Positions 50,103 to 63,066 of a stretch of DNA of 64,000 nucleotides are shown here, piece after piece. Positions within the stretch are counted from its first letter, which is position 1; each line of letters starts with the position of its first letter. The stretch covers positions 930,001 to 994,000 of the forward strand of contig JAKIMF020000007.1 in assembly GCA_022605425.2 (NCBI GenBank), given 5' to 3'. The notes under the pieces were generated by a model, which searched no databases, was not told where the DNA came from, and saw nothing but the letters and a program-made list of their open reading frames with translations. This DNA is from Hamiltosporidium tvaerminnensis FI-OER-3-3. Lineage: Eukaryota > Fungi > Microsporidia. The position numbers were made by a program, and so were the translations under genes.

Positions 50103-50823
50103 TCTATATATAAAATGTATGTCTGTCTGTCTGTGTGTTTAAAGACTGAAAATAAAGGGTATTATTTTTCTAAACGGGGTAAATTTTTTTAAAAGAGGTA
50201 TCGTTTTCATTATGAAGGTAGAAAAATCAAAAGGTTAAACATGGGGCTTTTATTTAAGGTTTTAATATAGTCGTACTATGTAAAAGCATGTTTATTTATG
50301 GTAATAAGTTAAAGATGTTAATAAATTTTTATGGCAAACGGATTGTTTATATAGATTGTTGCACATTAAAGGATTTTAGTAATAAGAAGAATTATGTAAT
50401 AGGGTGTTATTTGAAAGTATAATACACTAAAGATTTTTAATAATTTACAAGTATTATAAAAAAGATTATTTACACACCCACACATTTCAACGGTTCTAAC
50501 GGATAAGCCATGTAAAAATGTAAATTTCTTTACTACTCACCTTTTGAAAGACAATAAAACGCACAAGAGTAAATGCTACAATGTGTAGAATAGATTTGGG
50601 GAAGCTGCTTTTCACATGAAAACTCTATGTAGCCACATAATTTGTGGAAATCAATTCCGATTTTTTCGTTCAGACACAGAACAAAAACAAAGAATATACT
50701 TTTAAAAACACTCGAAAAAATAATTTTATACTATTCAAATTAATAAAATAATTTATTTTTTCTTTTATTATACTTAAATTTTTTTTCTTTTATTATCCCA
50801 GCAACGTTCGCCAGATAAGCTAG
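50103..50823 (+). mobile_element. Internally deleted Helitron
   Basis: 5' TCTATATATAAAA followed by (TGTC)n. 3' GC-rich segment CCCAGCAACGTTCGCCAG then CTAG|T. Decayed PIF1-like helicase C-terminus (TI.K.Q....IDL....FSH..LYVA) at ~50550-50635. Confidence 0.7.
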
Positions 50824-52285
50824 TAGATTATATTATTTATGATTTATATTGCCGATCACGTTGAATAGTTTCGTATTTTTATGTGCTTATAAATTCTTCA
50901 TCTTAACAAATGTTTATACTTAGTAGGAGTAGAAATTCTCACGGTATTTATTCCATATTATCAGAATTCTTTGAATTTGTTCGTTTTTTATTCGCCGAAC
51001 GTTTTTTTATTTTTAAAAGATACAGTTATAACTTGTCCAAAGAAATTATCATTGAAAAAATTTGATATTCTTCGGATATTAAGTATTAGAAATTTTCTTT
51101 GATCGTAAACTGATTGAAATGTATTTCAAGTCATCACAAATATATATTTCGACATCGAAGCTGAAAATAAGACCCGTATTTATTCAATGTAATTCTATTT
51201 AAGATGCAAATTTTCTCAGTTTATACATTTATAAAGAGATTCAATATATTTACCCGTCAAAATATCTAGATTTCTATCTAATTAATATATCTAATGTATT
51301 TTCACAACCTTTACCTTTTATATGTGCTATTTTTTAAAACCCATAGTTTACTTGGCTAGTATTTGTCAACAAAATGACATTCATTTAAACTTAAATGTGA
51401 CAAATACACGCCTCATTAGAAATAATTTGATAAGAGATGCAATTTTTCTTTATCAAGATACTAATTTAATAAAAAAATACATTAGTATAAAACTTTATTG
51501 AATAGTTCTTATAACTCGAATTTTATATTTTAACAGATTTCAAAAAGAATTGCACATGTTTTTCTAGTTATTGAATTAATTTTTTATCAATACTTTTATT
51601 TTATTACAGAATATTTTGAAAGTAGTAAAGATAAATTTAATTTTTTTTTTAAGTTATATTACGAAGCTATTTTGGTATATTGGGTTTTTGCATCGTCGCG
51701 GTTTAAATAAATGCACCTTTCCCAATTTTTTTTTCAAATTCTTTTCTTCACAATTTATAGTATGAAACTTGTATTGAACTAATTTAGAATTAATAAAATC
51801 TAAAAAAATAACGACAATATACTTTGAATATATCAAAATAATAAAGATTCAATCCTATTTACGATTAATACGAGTTTTTGTTACTGTGAGTTTAAATATT
51901 CTTTTTTTGTTGTTTTCTATTTTTCATGTTATCTGAGTGAATGAACTTTTTTTAATTCAATTATAGATAACAGAATGATTAATGTTTAATTAGAAATCAT
52001 ATTAAAAAAAGCACTTTAATTAAAAAAAATCCTTTATAAAGTAGACAATTTATATTTTTAAAAATATATATATAAAAGCAATACTTGTTTTCAAAAACAT
52101 AATTTGAGTGTAATATTTATACGGATAAAATAGCAAAGAGAAGCAATCAAATAATTAAACTTTTGAAAGTTCAAATTATTATTGAAAAAATATATAGGAG
52201 GTTTTAATAAATGTCAAAGAATAACTAGAATATAATCTATGTTCTAAATTTTTAATGAAATATAATTAAAACATTTATAAATCAA

Positions 52286-53196
52286 ATGTATGGCAAAGTT
52301 TGGAATATGGATATCAAGCTTAGTACATTTTTGAAAATAATTTTCTTTGGTATGACAAGTATTTTTCTAGAAGGCTTACTTATTCATACAAAATATGAAT
52401 TAAGTGAAAATTTAGATGAACACATCAGAATATACATATTATTTAATAATTTTTGGGTTTCATCATTTTATGTATTATGTGTATATTGTCTACTTGCTAT
52501 TATCTACTTAGGATTGATGGAATATTTCGTGATTTATGTGCTCGTTAAATTTTATATTTTAGTTATGAAGTTCGTACAAAAAAATTATTATGGATTTGGA
52601 ATCATCATCTTACTACAGTCTTTAATCGAGTCAGTAAAGACATTTTTTATTATTCAAGAAAAAGAAAATGTTTTTAAAAATCTGGTTTGGAATTATTACC
52701 GAACTGTTGGAGCAAGAGAAGATTTAGAAAAAGCATATAAAGTAAGTTAAATTACCTGATTTTAGATTAGAAAGGTAGGCAAAGCTTTGAGATTGATTAT
52801 TTACTACCATTTTATATTGTTTTTCTTTATATATATCAATATGAAACGTTTCTATAAAACGAATAAAATCCTTGCGCCAATCAAATTCTGTCTTGAAATC
52901 ATACTTTTTTTCAGTACAATAAGAGAAAATGAAGAAAATTTTCTGAATAAAAAAATAAGTATCGTTGTTATTATACTTTTGATCGTGTTTTCAGTATTGA
53001 AAATAGGCTACTTTTGCAAAATATTCAAAGGGTAGGTTTATTTCTAATTAGTATGGTATTTGTAATATTAACATTGGATTTAACTAACTTAATTGTTCTT
53101 CTAATAGTTTCATATCTTGATTTGTTATATTACAATACAGGTTTGAAAGAAATTTTTCAGGAAAGAAAAGCATTGAAAAACCCAATGGAAATCTAA
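52286..53196 (+). CDS. Multi-pass membrane protein, probably spliced (intron 52742-52765; second break at ~53014-53051)
   Basis: Three consecutive hydrophobic ORFs. Removing GTAAGT...CTGATTTTAG (24 nt) joins the first two in frame. The third needs a 1-nt indel or a 20-nt intron. Confidence 0.6.
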
Positions 53197-53260
53197 TGAA
53201 TTAAAAATTATGTTTTTTAATATAAAATTTTAACCTTCGAAATAATTAATATAATATAAT

Positions 53261-53960
53261 ATCCCATCTTTGTTTGAAAAATGGTCTGGGTTCATTTTTT
53301 TCATAGCATTAACGCAGTACTACGTTTTACACATATAAACGCATTTAGAATACTCCTTCTATATATATGATGGTTATATTAGAAATATTTACATCTAAAG
53401 GGATGCGTTAAACCCTATTTCATGAGCGAAGCACACAGGAAGGGTGTTTCAATGCCTGTAGCCTTTGGTATTATCACATTTCGTAAGCTGTCTTAAACAA
53501 CCTCTGCCCTCATGACAGCAGATTCTGATTTACAATTACTTTGCGCACCCTTTAAGAAATGCCAGCATATATTTCTGCGGTTTACGAAGTCTAAATATCG
53601 TTATAAGGCCATGCCAATAGACATAAACTGCCAACAGTATGGTCGTCAATTTTTATTGGGATGTTTTCCGAAAACCCGAATATGTTTTCCTAACCCGTGT
53701 GAGCAAGACCAAGTTTCTTCGCTTTTGCATGTGAATTATCTACGAAATAAATTGTGGTTTCTTATTAAATTTACAAATAAACGACAAACTTTTCGCCAAT
53801 TTTTTCCCTTTTTTAGAAGCACTCCTTCTTATTCTTATTACAATTTAACAATCGAAAATCCAATTTAGACTTAATCCCACTAAAAATCCAAACAAAGATC
53901 TTCACACCAACCTTTCCAAATAATGAAAGTAGAGTTTTCTTATTTCGTTGTTGTCTCTCT
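53261..53960 (-). mobile_element. Diverged copy E of the ~730-bp non-coding element
   Basis: Collinear blocks CATTAACGCAGT.CTA.GTTT (~53308), CTAACCCG.GTGAGCAAG.C.A.GTTTC (~53690) and TCCCAC.AAAAATCCAAACAA.GATCT.CACACCA (~53875). Confidence 0.75.
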
Positions 53961-54489
53961 AGCATTTTTACATATAATAACATATAAACACGAATAGAAA
54001 CAACAAATATAACGGATAAAGTAAGTTTTTTTAGAAAAAAATTTATTGGTTAAAGGAGACGCTAACAAAAAAGCGAAAAAGCATAGCATGTTTGGACAAG
54101 AAAAGCTCAACAAGTTTAAAATAATTAGACTGATTTTTATATGTGTATATTTTGCGATTTCCTGGTGATTTTTTTTGCTCGGATACCTATAGAGCCTGGT
54201 AGGCTTATTACCGCGAATAAATTTGATCAAAATTTTCAAAACTTTCTCTTGATTCTAATGTATCTATTTTTTGATTAAACACATTTTACTATTTAATATC
54301 CCAATTCAAAATATTTTAACAGTCATTTCTAAAAGAATTTGATTTCTGAATTTAAATTATCTGCTTTTTTTGATCAAAATTATAATTTACGTTTTTTCAA
54401 GTCAATTAAGTTCTAAGGATTGGTTTATAAGTATGTGTAAAGGTTTAGATAAGCTGATTGATTTGCTTAAAAAAGCAATGTATTGTGCG

Positions 54490-54710
54490 TACGTACTTAT
54501 TCCATGCTTCTTTTACCTTTCAGTGTCGAGGATAAACAAATGAAGTTTACCATTTGTTTTTTTAATTAGTTGTAACTCAACATTATAGGGGATTGGCTTA
54601 TAGATCTAGGGTGGTTTATATTGCACAAAAATTGCAACAATAGGTTTCTCAACTATTATATGCCTTAATTGCTAACCAGATAGTTTTTAATGTGGTTATG
54701 CTCTCTCCAC
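54490..54710 (-). mobile_element. Diverged 5' fragment (copy F) of the ~730-bp non-coding element
   Basis: Minus strand from 54710 reads GTGGAGAGAGCATAACCACATTAAAAACTATCTGGTTAGCAAT, versus the family start GTGGAGGGAGGATAACCACATAAAAAACTTTCTGCTTGGCAAT. Confidence 0.7.
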
Positions 54711-55561
54711 CGGAATAATGTATTGTAAATAAACAATATATTTTATTGCGAAGTAGCATATAATCGAAAATATATCATTTAAATTATTAAAAGCCTATTT
54801 TGGGCAAAAAAATCCTTGAGAAAACAGAAGCCTAATATACTTGAATCATCTATAAGATCAGTTGATTTGAAAAACAATTTTTTTATCTTATAATTTTTTT
54901 AATGTAAAAAATGTTGGTTTTTAATGAACCGTAGGTATGAAAAAAATCATTAATTAAATTTTTCATTAAATACAATTAAAGGTTTGATTCTCATTCTTTG
55001 GTTGGCATTAAACTTAGTACTATGCAGATTATAATTGAATTTCAAAGTAGGAGAATTTTTTTCATTCCTAAGTATTTAAATCTATCATATATCATACTAT
55101 GATTAAACGATTCAAATTCAAAATATAACTAAATTTTAGCAAAAAAAAAAGATATTTAAAATATAAAAAACACAGTTAATGAAGAAAAGTGTAAACTTAA
55201 TTTAATTATTCCTAACTAAAACTATTCCCTTCCCATTATCTCCCAAGAAATATCTGTTTAGAGCAGATTCTAAAAATATGAAAACCCATGCAAAATATTT
55301 TCTTGGATTTTTCTCTTAAAAACTTTTTCGTTATTCCCTTTCCGATGCTTAATTTCTAATTTATACTTTTTTAAAAATTTAGCAATTATACTCTAAAATA
55401 TTGAATCTTCAATCATATATATATAGAATACGGCGTAAACCGATGACACCATGTTATTTTTTAAAGTCTCTAAAAATTCCTTAATTTCATCACAGAAAAG
55501 GGCTTAAATCCGTTGTTTTCTAAAAATTTCATCCAACTGTTTCTGTCGATTGGTTTCTATA

Positions 55562-56749
55562 TCAGAAAGGTCTTGTTCTAAAAAGTAAATAAATCCTTTT
55601 TCCTTTAAATTCAAAAAAAATTTGATCAATAAAAACGACTATCCAGTCATCTATTTTTAAATATAAGGACAAATATAAAATCCTGTCCGAAAATCGACGT
55701 AAGTAAGAATTGGAAAACTTTATAAATGATGGCGTCAGTTCTTTAGGGAATACAAAGTTTGAATCATTTCTAATTACAGAAGTATAATGCATATTTTCAC
55801 AATCTATAATACATGTAAACATTTTTCTGTTTGGCATTTTAAAAAAAATTTCATTAAAATGATTTTCTGCTATTGCATAGATAAGAGAATCAAAAAAATC
55901 CCTTTTAAATTTGTCGCCCGTCTGAGAAATAGCATTATCGTAGTAGCTTGGACACTCCAAATTATTTTTAGTGTAGATTTTTTTTATAATCTTTCTAAAT
56001 TGATTTTTTTTCGATTTCCGAATTTGAACATTCGATATTTTTTTATAATCATAAACTGATAATCCAAGAAACTTTTTGTTTAAATTTTTAAACCCAATAA
56101 ATATAAGAAATACTTTTTCAATTAAAAATTTTATAAATTTTTCATCATTAATGATACTTTGGATAATTTTTATTTTCTTTTCCTTTGTAATTAACGGGAT
56201 TTCATTTATTGATCGGCTTTTTATTTCATCAAGTCTTTTCATAATATCTGGATCAAAAAATGTTTCATTTAATAAAAAATCTTTATAAATTGTAAATTCA
56301 TGATCGTTTAAAAATTTAAGTCTACTAAATGAAATAGCATATCTGTTTATAAAAATATCAATAAAATTCAGAAATAGCGATCTGTAAATTTTTTATAATT
56401 TATAAAGTTCTCACCACCTAATAATTCAATATGTGTTATTTGTTTTTGAATAGTCTTTAGTATGCACTGTTTAAATAATGGTTTAATCATTTCTAAATGT
56501 GCTTTAAAAAATACCTTGACAAAAGAAATTGCGAGAGACGTATCATGTTTTATATCTTGATGACTATTAGTCATTATTATATGAAAACACCTTTTTTTTA
56601 TCAGATTCAGAAGGACCCGAAGTACATATATCATCAATGTTTGAATTTAGATAATCTAAAATTCCGGAAAAACTCTCAGATGTATTCGTTTCATTCAAAA
56701 AATTGCTACAAAAAACATTTCGAATGCATAGTATAGTATAAAATTTCAT
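55562..56749 (-). pseudogene. Fragmented hypothetical secreted protein gene
   Basis: Consecutive minus-strand ORFs 56749-56567, 56637-56368 and 56242-55562. Start MKFYTILCIRNVFCS preceded by CCC; shares NVFCS with the 48055 gene. Confidence 0.55.
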
Positions 56750-59700
56750 GGGAAACTCTGGGTTTAATTTTATAATATTATTTATATTGAATTTATTTCG
56801 AACAATTTACTTTAAAAGTTATATTTTTGAGAAAAAAAATCTCAAAAATAATGACAGTTATATTGAGGCGAAACAAAAAAATATGAAAATACCAAACCGA
56901 ATATACGCAAATTGTTTATAAGAATAAAAAAACATAATTGAAATAATTCATCTGGAGAATAAAATTTAAATAAATAAGCAAGTATACCATAAAGTTTATT
57001 TGTTACGTTAAATAAGCAACGATAAAAAAAGTTTAAGAATAGAGCAATATCACAGTATGAAAACATCGAGCAAATGAATTATCACTACATAAAATATTAT
57101 ATATTAGTTTGTTTTTTTAAAAATTTCAAGCTATTTTTTAATAAGTAGATTGTGGTTTTTCTAACGGTCGCAATCTATTAAAAATATATTTTTTGACGCC
57201 CTATTTGGTATTCATAAAACTAAGAATATTTTTTGGGGTGTGAAAATTACATAAAAAATACCTTTGGAAGAAAAATCATCTGTATATATGTTACATTTAA
57301 TGTTCCGCAACTCATCAATGAGATATTTGAACATTCAAAAACCGAAATTTCCATAAGTATTTCAATTTTATGATGTATTTCTCATAGATTCTATATATAT
57401 ATGGGTAAACGATATGAGAAAATACACTGAAATGACTACACAGACGATTTTAATAAGTTTTTTGATACTTTCCTCACAACGTCTAAATAAATACAAATTT
57501 AAATCTTTAAAACGAATTAGAAGTCATAAAATCAGAAAATCTTGATAAAGTACGCTGAAATAAGATCTCCAACCTAGATAAAAACCGAGGTAAAAATCCG
57601 CAATAATAGACGTCATATAAGTGTGTATGATAAGAGTTAAAATATGATAACTCTCATTGATGTGAAAATTAGATTTAAGATTCACTTAAAAGTGTAAACT
57701 GAAATATTAAGATTTATAATACCATAGTAAAGGATTTCGAAGCTATTTCTAAGTGATATGCCGAAATAATCTTTTATGTTTAATTTGGTTTGATATTTTG
57801 TTAAAATATCATAAGAAATATCCTTAAAGACTTCAAATGCCTATAAATTTTGAAGCATGTATTTAGTCGAATGTGCTAAAAACGGACTTTAAAATAATTT
57901 TGCTTGATCGAATTGGTCTAATAGTCATGATCAAATTCCGAGGAGAATTGGGAAGTAGCACAATGAGTGTTTTAAAAGCAAAAGGAATACGAAATTATAT
58001 GCACTTTAAGATCACCTAGTATCGAGGAAGATCGTGTTAAGTACGTAATGACAATCGATATGATGCAACTCTATTTCGGATCTAAGAACCACCCGAGAAC
58101 CTACGCTAATTATAAGCTTAGTCTGATCTAAAATAAGAAGCTAAAAAAAGTAACGGTGTAAATTAAATTTATCAAGAGTGTGGCAAAATTTCGTTGACCC
58201 AGAATTAAATCAAATTGCAATATTATCTTTTCTTTCGGTATATTCATAAAAGATATTCCCAAATATATTATAACGATAATTTAAACACAACAAACATTAT
58301 TATTTAATTCAATAAAAATTTATTTTTCATTCGGTTAAAAGTTGAGTAACACACATGCAATGCCTCATGAGTTATTTAATCTGAATTTTTTTCAATTTTA
58401 TCTTTATGAAAAATAATGTGATCGAAAAGACATAGTATAACGCAAAAATAAGTTAAATATATCACTTTTGCATTTTTCTTGAGTTTAATAAGTCGTTAAT
58501 TGTTTAAAAATAATAGTTCTATTTACCGATCGTTTTTGAGTTAACAATTTTCGTTTAGTTTTACAGTTCGTAAAAGGTATAAAATGCTAAGTTTAAATTT
58601 ACTGAACAGTTTTTGAGATGTTATTTATTTTATTGCTTGCTTGAACCCAGTAATTCTAGAATGTATTCTACTAGTACGACTAATACCGAGTGGCGTATCC
58701 GCTCTACAATAGCCTAGGCCTCTCTAAAAATTTTCGAATTCATGCCTATCTTGCGTGTTTTCTTTCCGATGCATTCTTTTAGTTTTTTTAGATCGTTCTT
58801 ATACCATATATTTTTTTTTCTGTGGGCTATCATTTTTTTCCTATTACATTTGATAATACATAAATACTTGATTTACTTCTTGATTAAGGGGCATTCGTAT
58901 TACATGTCTTTTGAATCCTGACCTTAGTCTTCTTACTTCTGTTACCAAATTTCATTCTCGATAGCGGCCATAGATTGCTTGACTAGATACTATTTCTAGC
59001 TATTTTTATCATTATTTTTCAGCCATATATTCCGCGAAGTATCTTCGTTGGCAACATGTCAAAAAGTATTTCATTTATCTTTTTAATAACTCAGACTTCG
59101 GCTTCATAAATTACGGCATGTTTTTGATAGTTCTATACATCTTGATTCAATCAAGCCTACTCGCTAGGAGACCCATTTACAGACTTTATCTGTTTTTAAT
59201 TCCCTGGAAGCTTTGTTATTTTGCATTTATAGAGTTTCTAGACTTTCAAAACTCGATACTGTTTCGAGCGTAATGAGTTAATTTCTCAGTTATTTGTTTA
59301 TAGATACTATGAAATTGTTATTGCCATATACTTAGTTTTATTCTTATTAATCTATTTGTTGATTTTGCTTATTCTGTGGGCATGACACCAAAGGAAGATT
59401 TTATATTTCTATGTTTAAGCTGATTATACTTAGGTTGTCTAAAAATGATATTTATAAGAGTTTTCTATGGAAATTAATTCCTCTTTCATCAGATTTGTCT
59501 TTCGAATAATATCTTTCATTATGAGAATGAATAATATACATAATAACGTATCACCTTGTTTGAAGCTTCTAGTTACTATAAAATCATTTCAAGTATCGTT
59601 TGCTTGCAAAACCTTTCCTTTCACATTGAGAGTGTTATGTTTGTATTTAATATCATTAGTAAGAATTCCTAAACCACCAAGATCATTAAAACTTATTTAC

Positions 59701-59911
59701 AACAAATACTACAATAAGCTTGTTCAAAATCTATAAAGGTTGCTGTCTAGTAATATTATATTTGTAGCCCTTTTCCAAAAACATTTCTATTATTAACATT
59801 TAACTTTTTGCCACATACCTTTACGAAATAATATTAATCATATCCGATTGTTCCCTCTGTATATCCCTAATTATTTGCGACTATTTTGATTAGAAATTCT
59901 TAAGCAATATT

Positions 59912-60640
59912 TAAAGAGGAATAACTTTAAAAAGTATCACATTTCTTACAATAGTGGCAATTGTTATATTTTTTTTATGACATTAACGCAATTCTAGGTT
60001 TAACATAAATAACTGCTATCCCAATATTTCATCGGAACCTTACGATACCTACATACCATAGCCTTTCACCTACGAGGTGTGTAGAAACCAATTAATAGAC
60101 AAGACACTTCACGAAGTTCGTAATGTTCGTTGCATGGGCTGGTATCGAAGGCCAAAACCTTCCCTGAGAACCCTAAGACTATGCAGCATTCGCACTTACT
60201 CTACTCATTTCAGATATAATTAACTTTTAGGTAAGATATATTCCAGGGACTTACCTGGTGTCTACCTAGATAGTGTACTGTCATAATAAAGGATATAACC
60301 TGCCGCTTTAGCTTTTCCGAAAGAGATGGTTTTATTTTTCATACCTCTAAGGCACTAAGCCTTCTAGCCTGACCGAGAAAAGATGGATTTTATGGCTACA
60401 AATGGAAATTACCAAAAGTTGTCGCTTTATGTGATCTAGTTGCATAAAAAAAAACAGAATAGATTTGTAGAAAATTTTTTGCGTTTCACTACCTTCTTTC
60501 TTGCCTATAATCATCCATGAAACAAACAAAAATTTAATGTGGTTTTATTCTCACCAAAAATCCAAACAATAATTCTAACACCAGTTTCCCCACTCATTTA
60601 CAAGCAGAAAGTTTTTTGTGGTTATTCTCCCCCCCCCACT
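59912..60640 (-). mobile_element. ~730-bp non-coding dispersed element, copy C (older), inserted in the RTE RT domain
   Basis: Full-length but diverged alignment to copy D. Flanked by TAA(G/C)CAATATT at 59901-59911 and 60640-60650. Confidence 0.88.
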
Positions 60641-62333
60641 AACCAATATTCAACAACGATATTCTTTTATAATCATGTCATTTCGTTTTTGTCTTATGTA
60701 CACGTATTATTGGGCTTAAATTTCAACCATTAGTCGTGTTTTCTACCGTTCGTGTATATACTCGTATAATTATCACCTCGATATTTTACGAACAAATGAA
60801 ATTTTATTTTCTTTCTTGTGCTCTATGAATTCATAGACTCATAATCGCAGTTCTTGCTTCTTAAAAGTTGAATATTCGATGGTTTCCCCCTAAATGGTTT
60901 CAATAGTACTTCGCTGAATTATTACAGCATTATTCCATGTTCTTTAAACTGCCCTCGGTGCAGTGTAAAAGGCTTTAAAAATACTTAGCCTACATATATA
61001 AGATTTCTTTAAAATCTGTAAAAATCTCATTTTCTTTCTATTTAAAATACAAGCTTGGGGTGTAAAGCCTCGATTGTTTCTATTTTTCTATTAAATCATA
61101 CATTCGTCGTATTTTTTTTACTGGCTGCAATAATTTATATTTTTTTGTCATCTGTATCTCTCTTACTCTTGTTTTCCCAAAAACACGGTTTTTATTGGTT
61201 CTTTGCAGACATAACTCTTTTTTTATACCCGTGGTATTAACCGCACCCTTTGATTGTGCCTTTTTTTCGTTGGTTACTTACATCTCTACATTCCTCATCA
61301 GGTTAAGAATCAAATTTCTTATGCAATTTAAAAACTAATACTTCTTCGGCCTTTTTTTGTCGTTTCTTTATATTTGTCTTTCTAGCAGCTATTTCAGCTG
61401 TTATATAAGGTTTTTGGTGTTTAAGTATTTAATCAAAGTCTTTGCATATTTTTTTATAACAGCCATATCATTCAACATATTAGTATTATATGTCTCTAAT
61501 TAGATCTTCTGGACAGTTTTGAAGTTTAATACGCGTTCAATACTTAATCTTAACCAAAAAGTGATCTATATTTATATCAGCGCCTCTATGGCTTCTTACA
61601 CCCATGAAATTCGATGCATGCCTCTAATAGATAAGCGCATGAACGATTTGATTGAAATTCATATTATCTGACGATCTCTTTGTGTATTTATGTATTATTT
61701 TATGGATAAAATAACTGCTATAAAACGTCATGTTCTTACGCACTACAAAATCGATTAATCTGATTCCGTTATTATTGGATTCATTATAGGTATTTTCTTT
61801 TCTTTTAGTGACACGGACTACATTTCTTTTCTATCTTTGTATTAAAATCACTCGTAACCATATTCATATCATTTCGTGAGGCATGTTCACAGGTATATAT
61901 GAGTCGGTAAAAAATTTAATTATTATTTCTTCGTTAATATCTTTATTTAGGGCGTGAAAACATACCAATATCGTGTACAGAGGCTTTCTCTGCGTCGTTT
62001 CAACACGACTGTTTTCAATAGGTTATATACCAAAACATTCCCCATTAGATTGTTTCCTATCCAAAATGTTGTTGCCAGTAGTTAGTCATGATACCGCTGT
62101 AGAACATTGTACATAATTTTGTTTAATCACAGCTATTTCTTTCCGTCTGATTTCTTATATTGCAAATTTCAATTTCATATTTCTATAGTTCACTGGATAG
62201 ATGTCATAATCCACCTTGTCAGAAAAATCTGCGGACATTCGATGTTCAATATAATTAAACATTTCTTCTTATTTTTTTATTTGATTTGTTTTATGAATTT
62301 TTATTATTTGTTTCTTTTTAGTAAACCTATTAT

Positions 62334-63066
62334 TTTTATTTAAAAGTATCACATCTTTTTTAAAACAGTGGCAAGTGTTATATTTGTTTTCATGACATTA
62401 ACGCAGTTCTAGGTTTAACATAAATAACTGCTACCCCAACACTCCATCGGTAACCCCTGCGATACCTACGTCCCAAAGCCTTTCATCTACCAAATGTGTA
62501 GAACCTAATTAATAGGCGAGGCAGTTGCCCGGAGTTCGTTAATGTCCGTTGCATGGAGTGTGATCGAAGGCCGAAGCCCTCCCTGAGCTCCCCCCCAAGA
62601 CTATGCAGCATTCCCACTTACTCTACACTTTCTGAACCCAATAAACTTCTAGCTAAGATATATTTCAGAGATTTACATGGGGTCCACCTAGACAGTGCAA
62701 TGTCATACCACCAGGTATAACCTGCTACTTAGCTTTCCTGGCTTTATATGGTTTTTTGTTTTGTATCTCCCAGGCGCTAAGTCTTCTAACCCGAGTGAGC
62801 AAGGCTAGGTTTCCATGCTTTTACATGGCAATTACCTACATGTTCAGCTGCGGTCTGCAATCTGGTTACATAAAAAACTACAAATAAATTTGTAGAAAAA
62901 GTTTCTCCATCTCTTAGACCTCCCCTCCTCATAACAACTCCCATGGAACAACCAAAGTTGTAGTGTGGTTTTATTCCCACCAAAAATCCAAACAATGATC
63001 TCACACCAGTTTCACACACTCTTTGCCAATTAGAAAGTTTTTTATGTAGTTATCCTCCCTCCACTG
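62334..63066 (-). mobile_element. ~730-bp non-coding dispersed element, copy D, inserted near the RTE 5' end
   Basis: Highly similar to copy B. Flanked by CTTTTTAGTAA(ACC/TAA)TATTAT at 62314-62333 and 63067-63086. Confidence 0.92.

Noticed and set aside
62334-63066. Element as the 5' UTR or LTR of the neighbouring LINE
   Set aside because: It has its own TSD, the RTE 5' UTR motif continues beyond it, and other copies stand alone.
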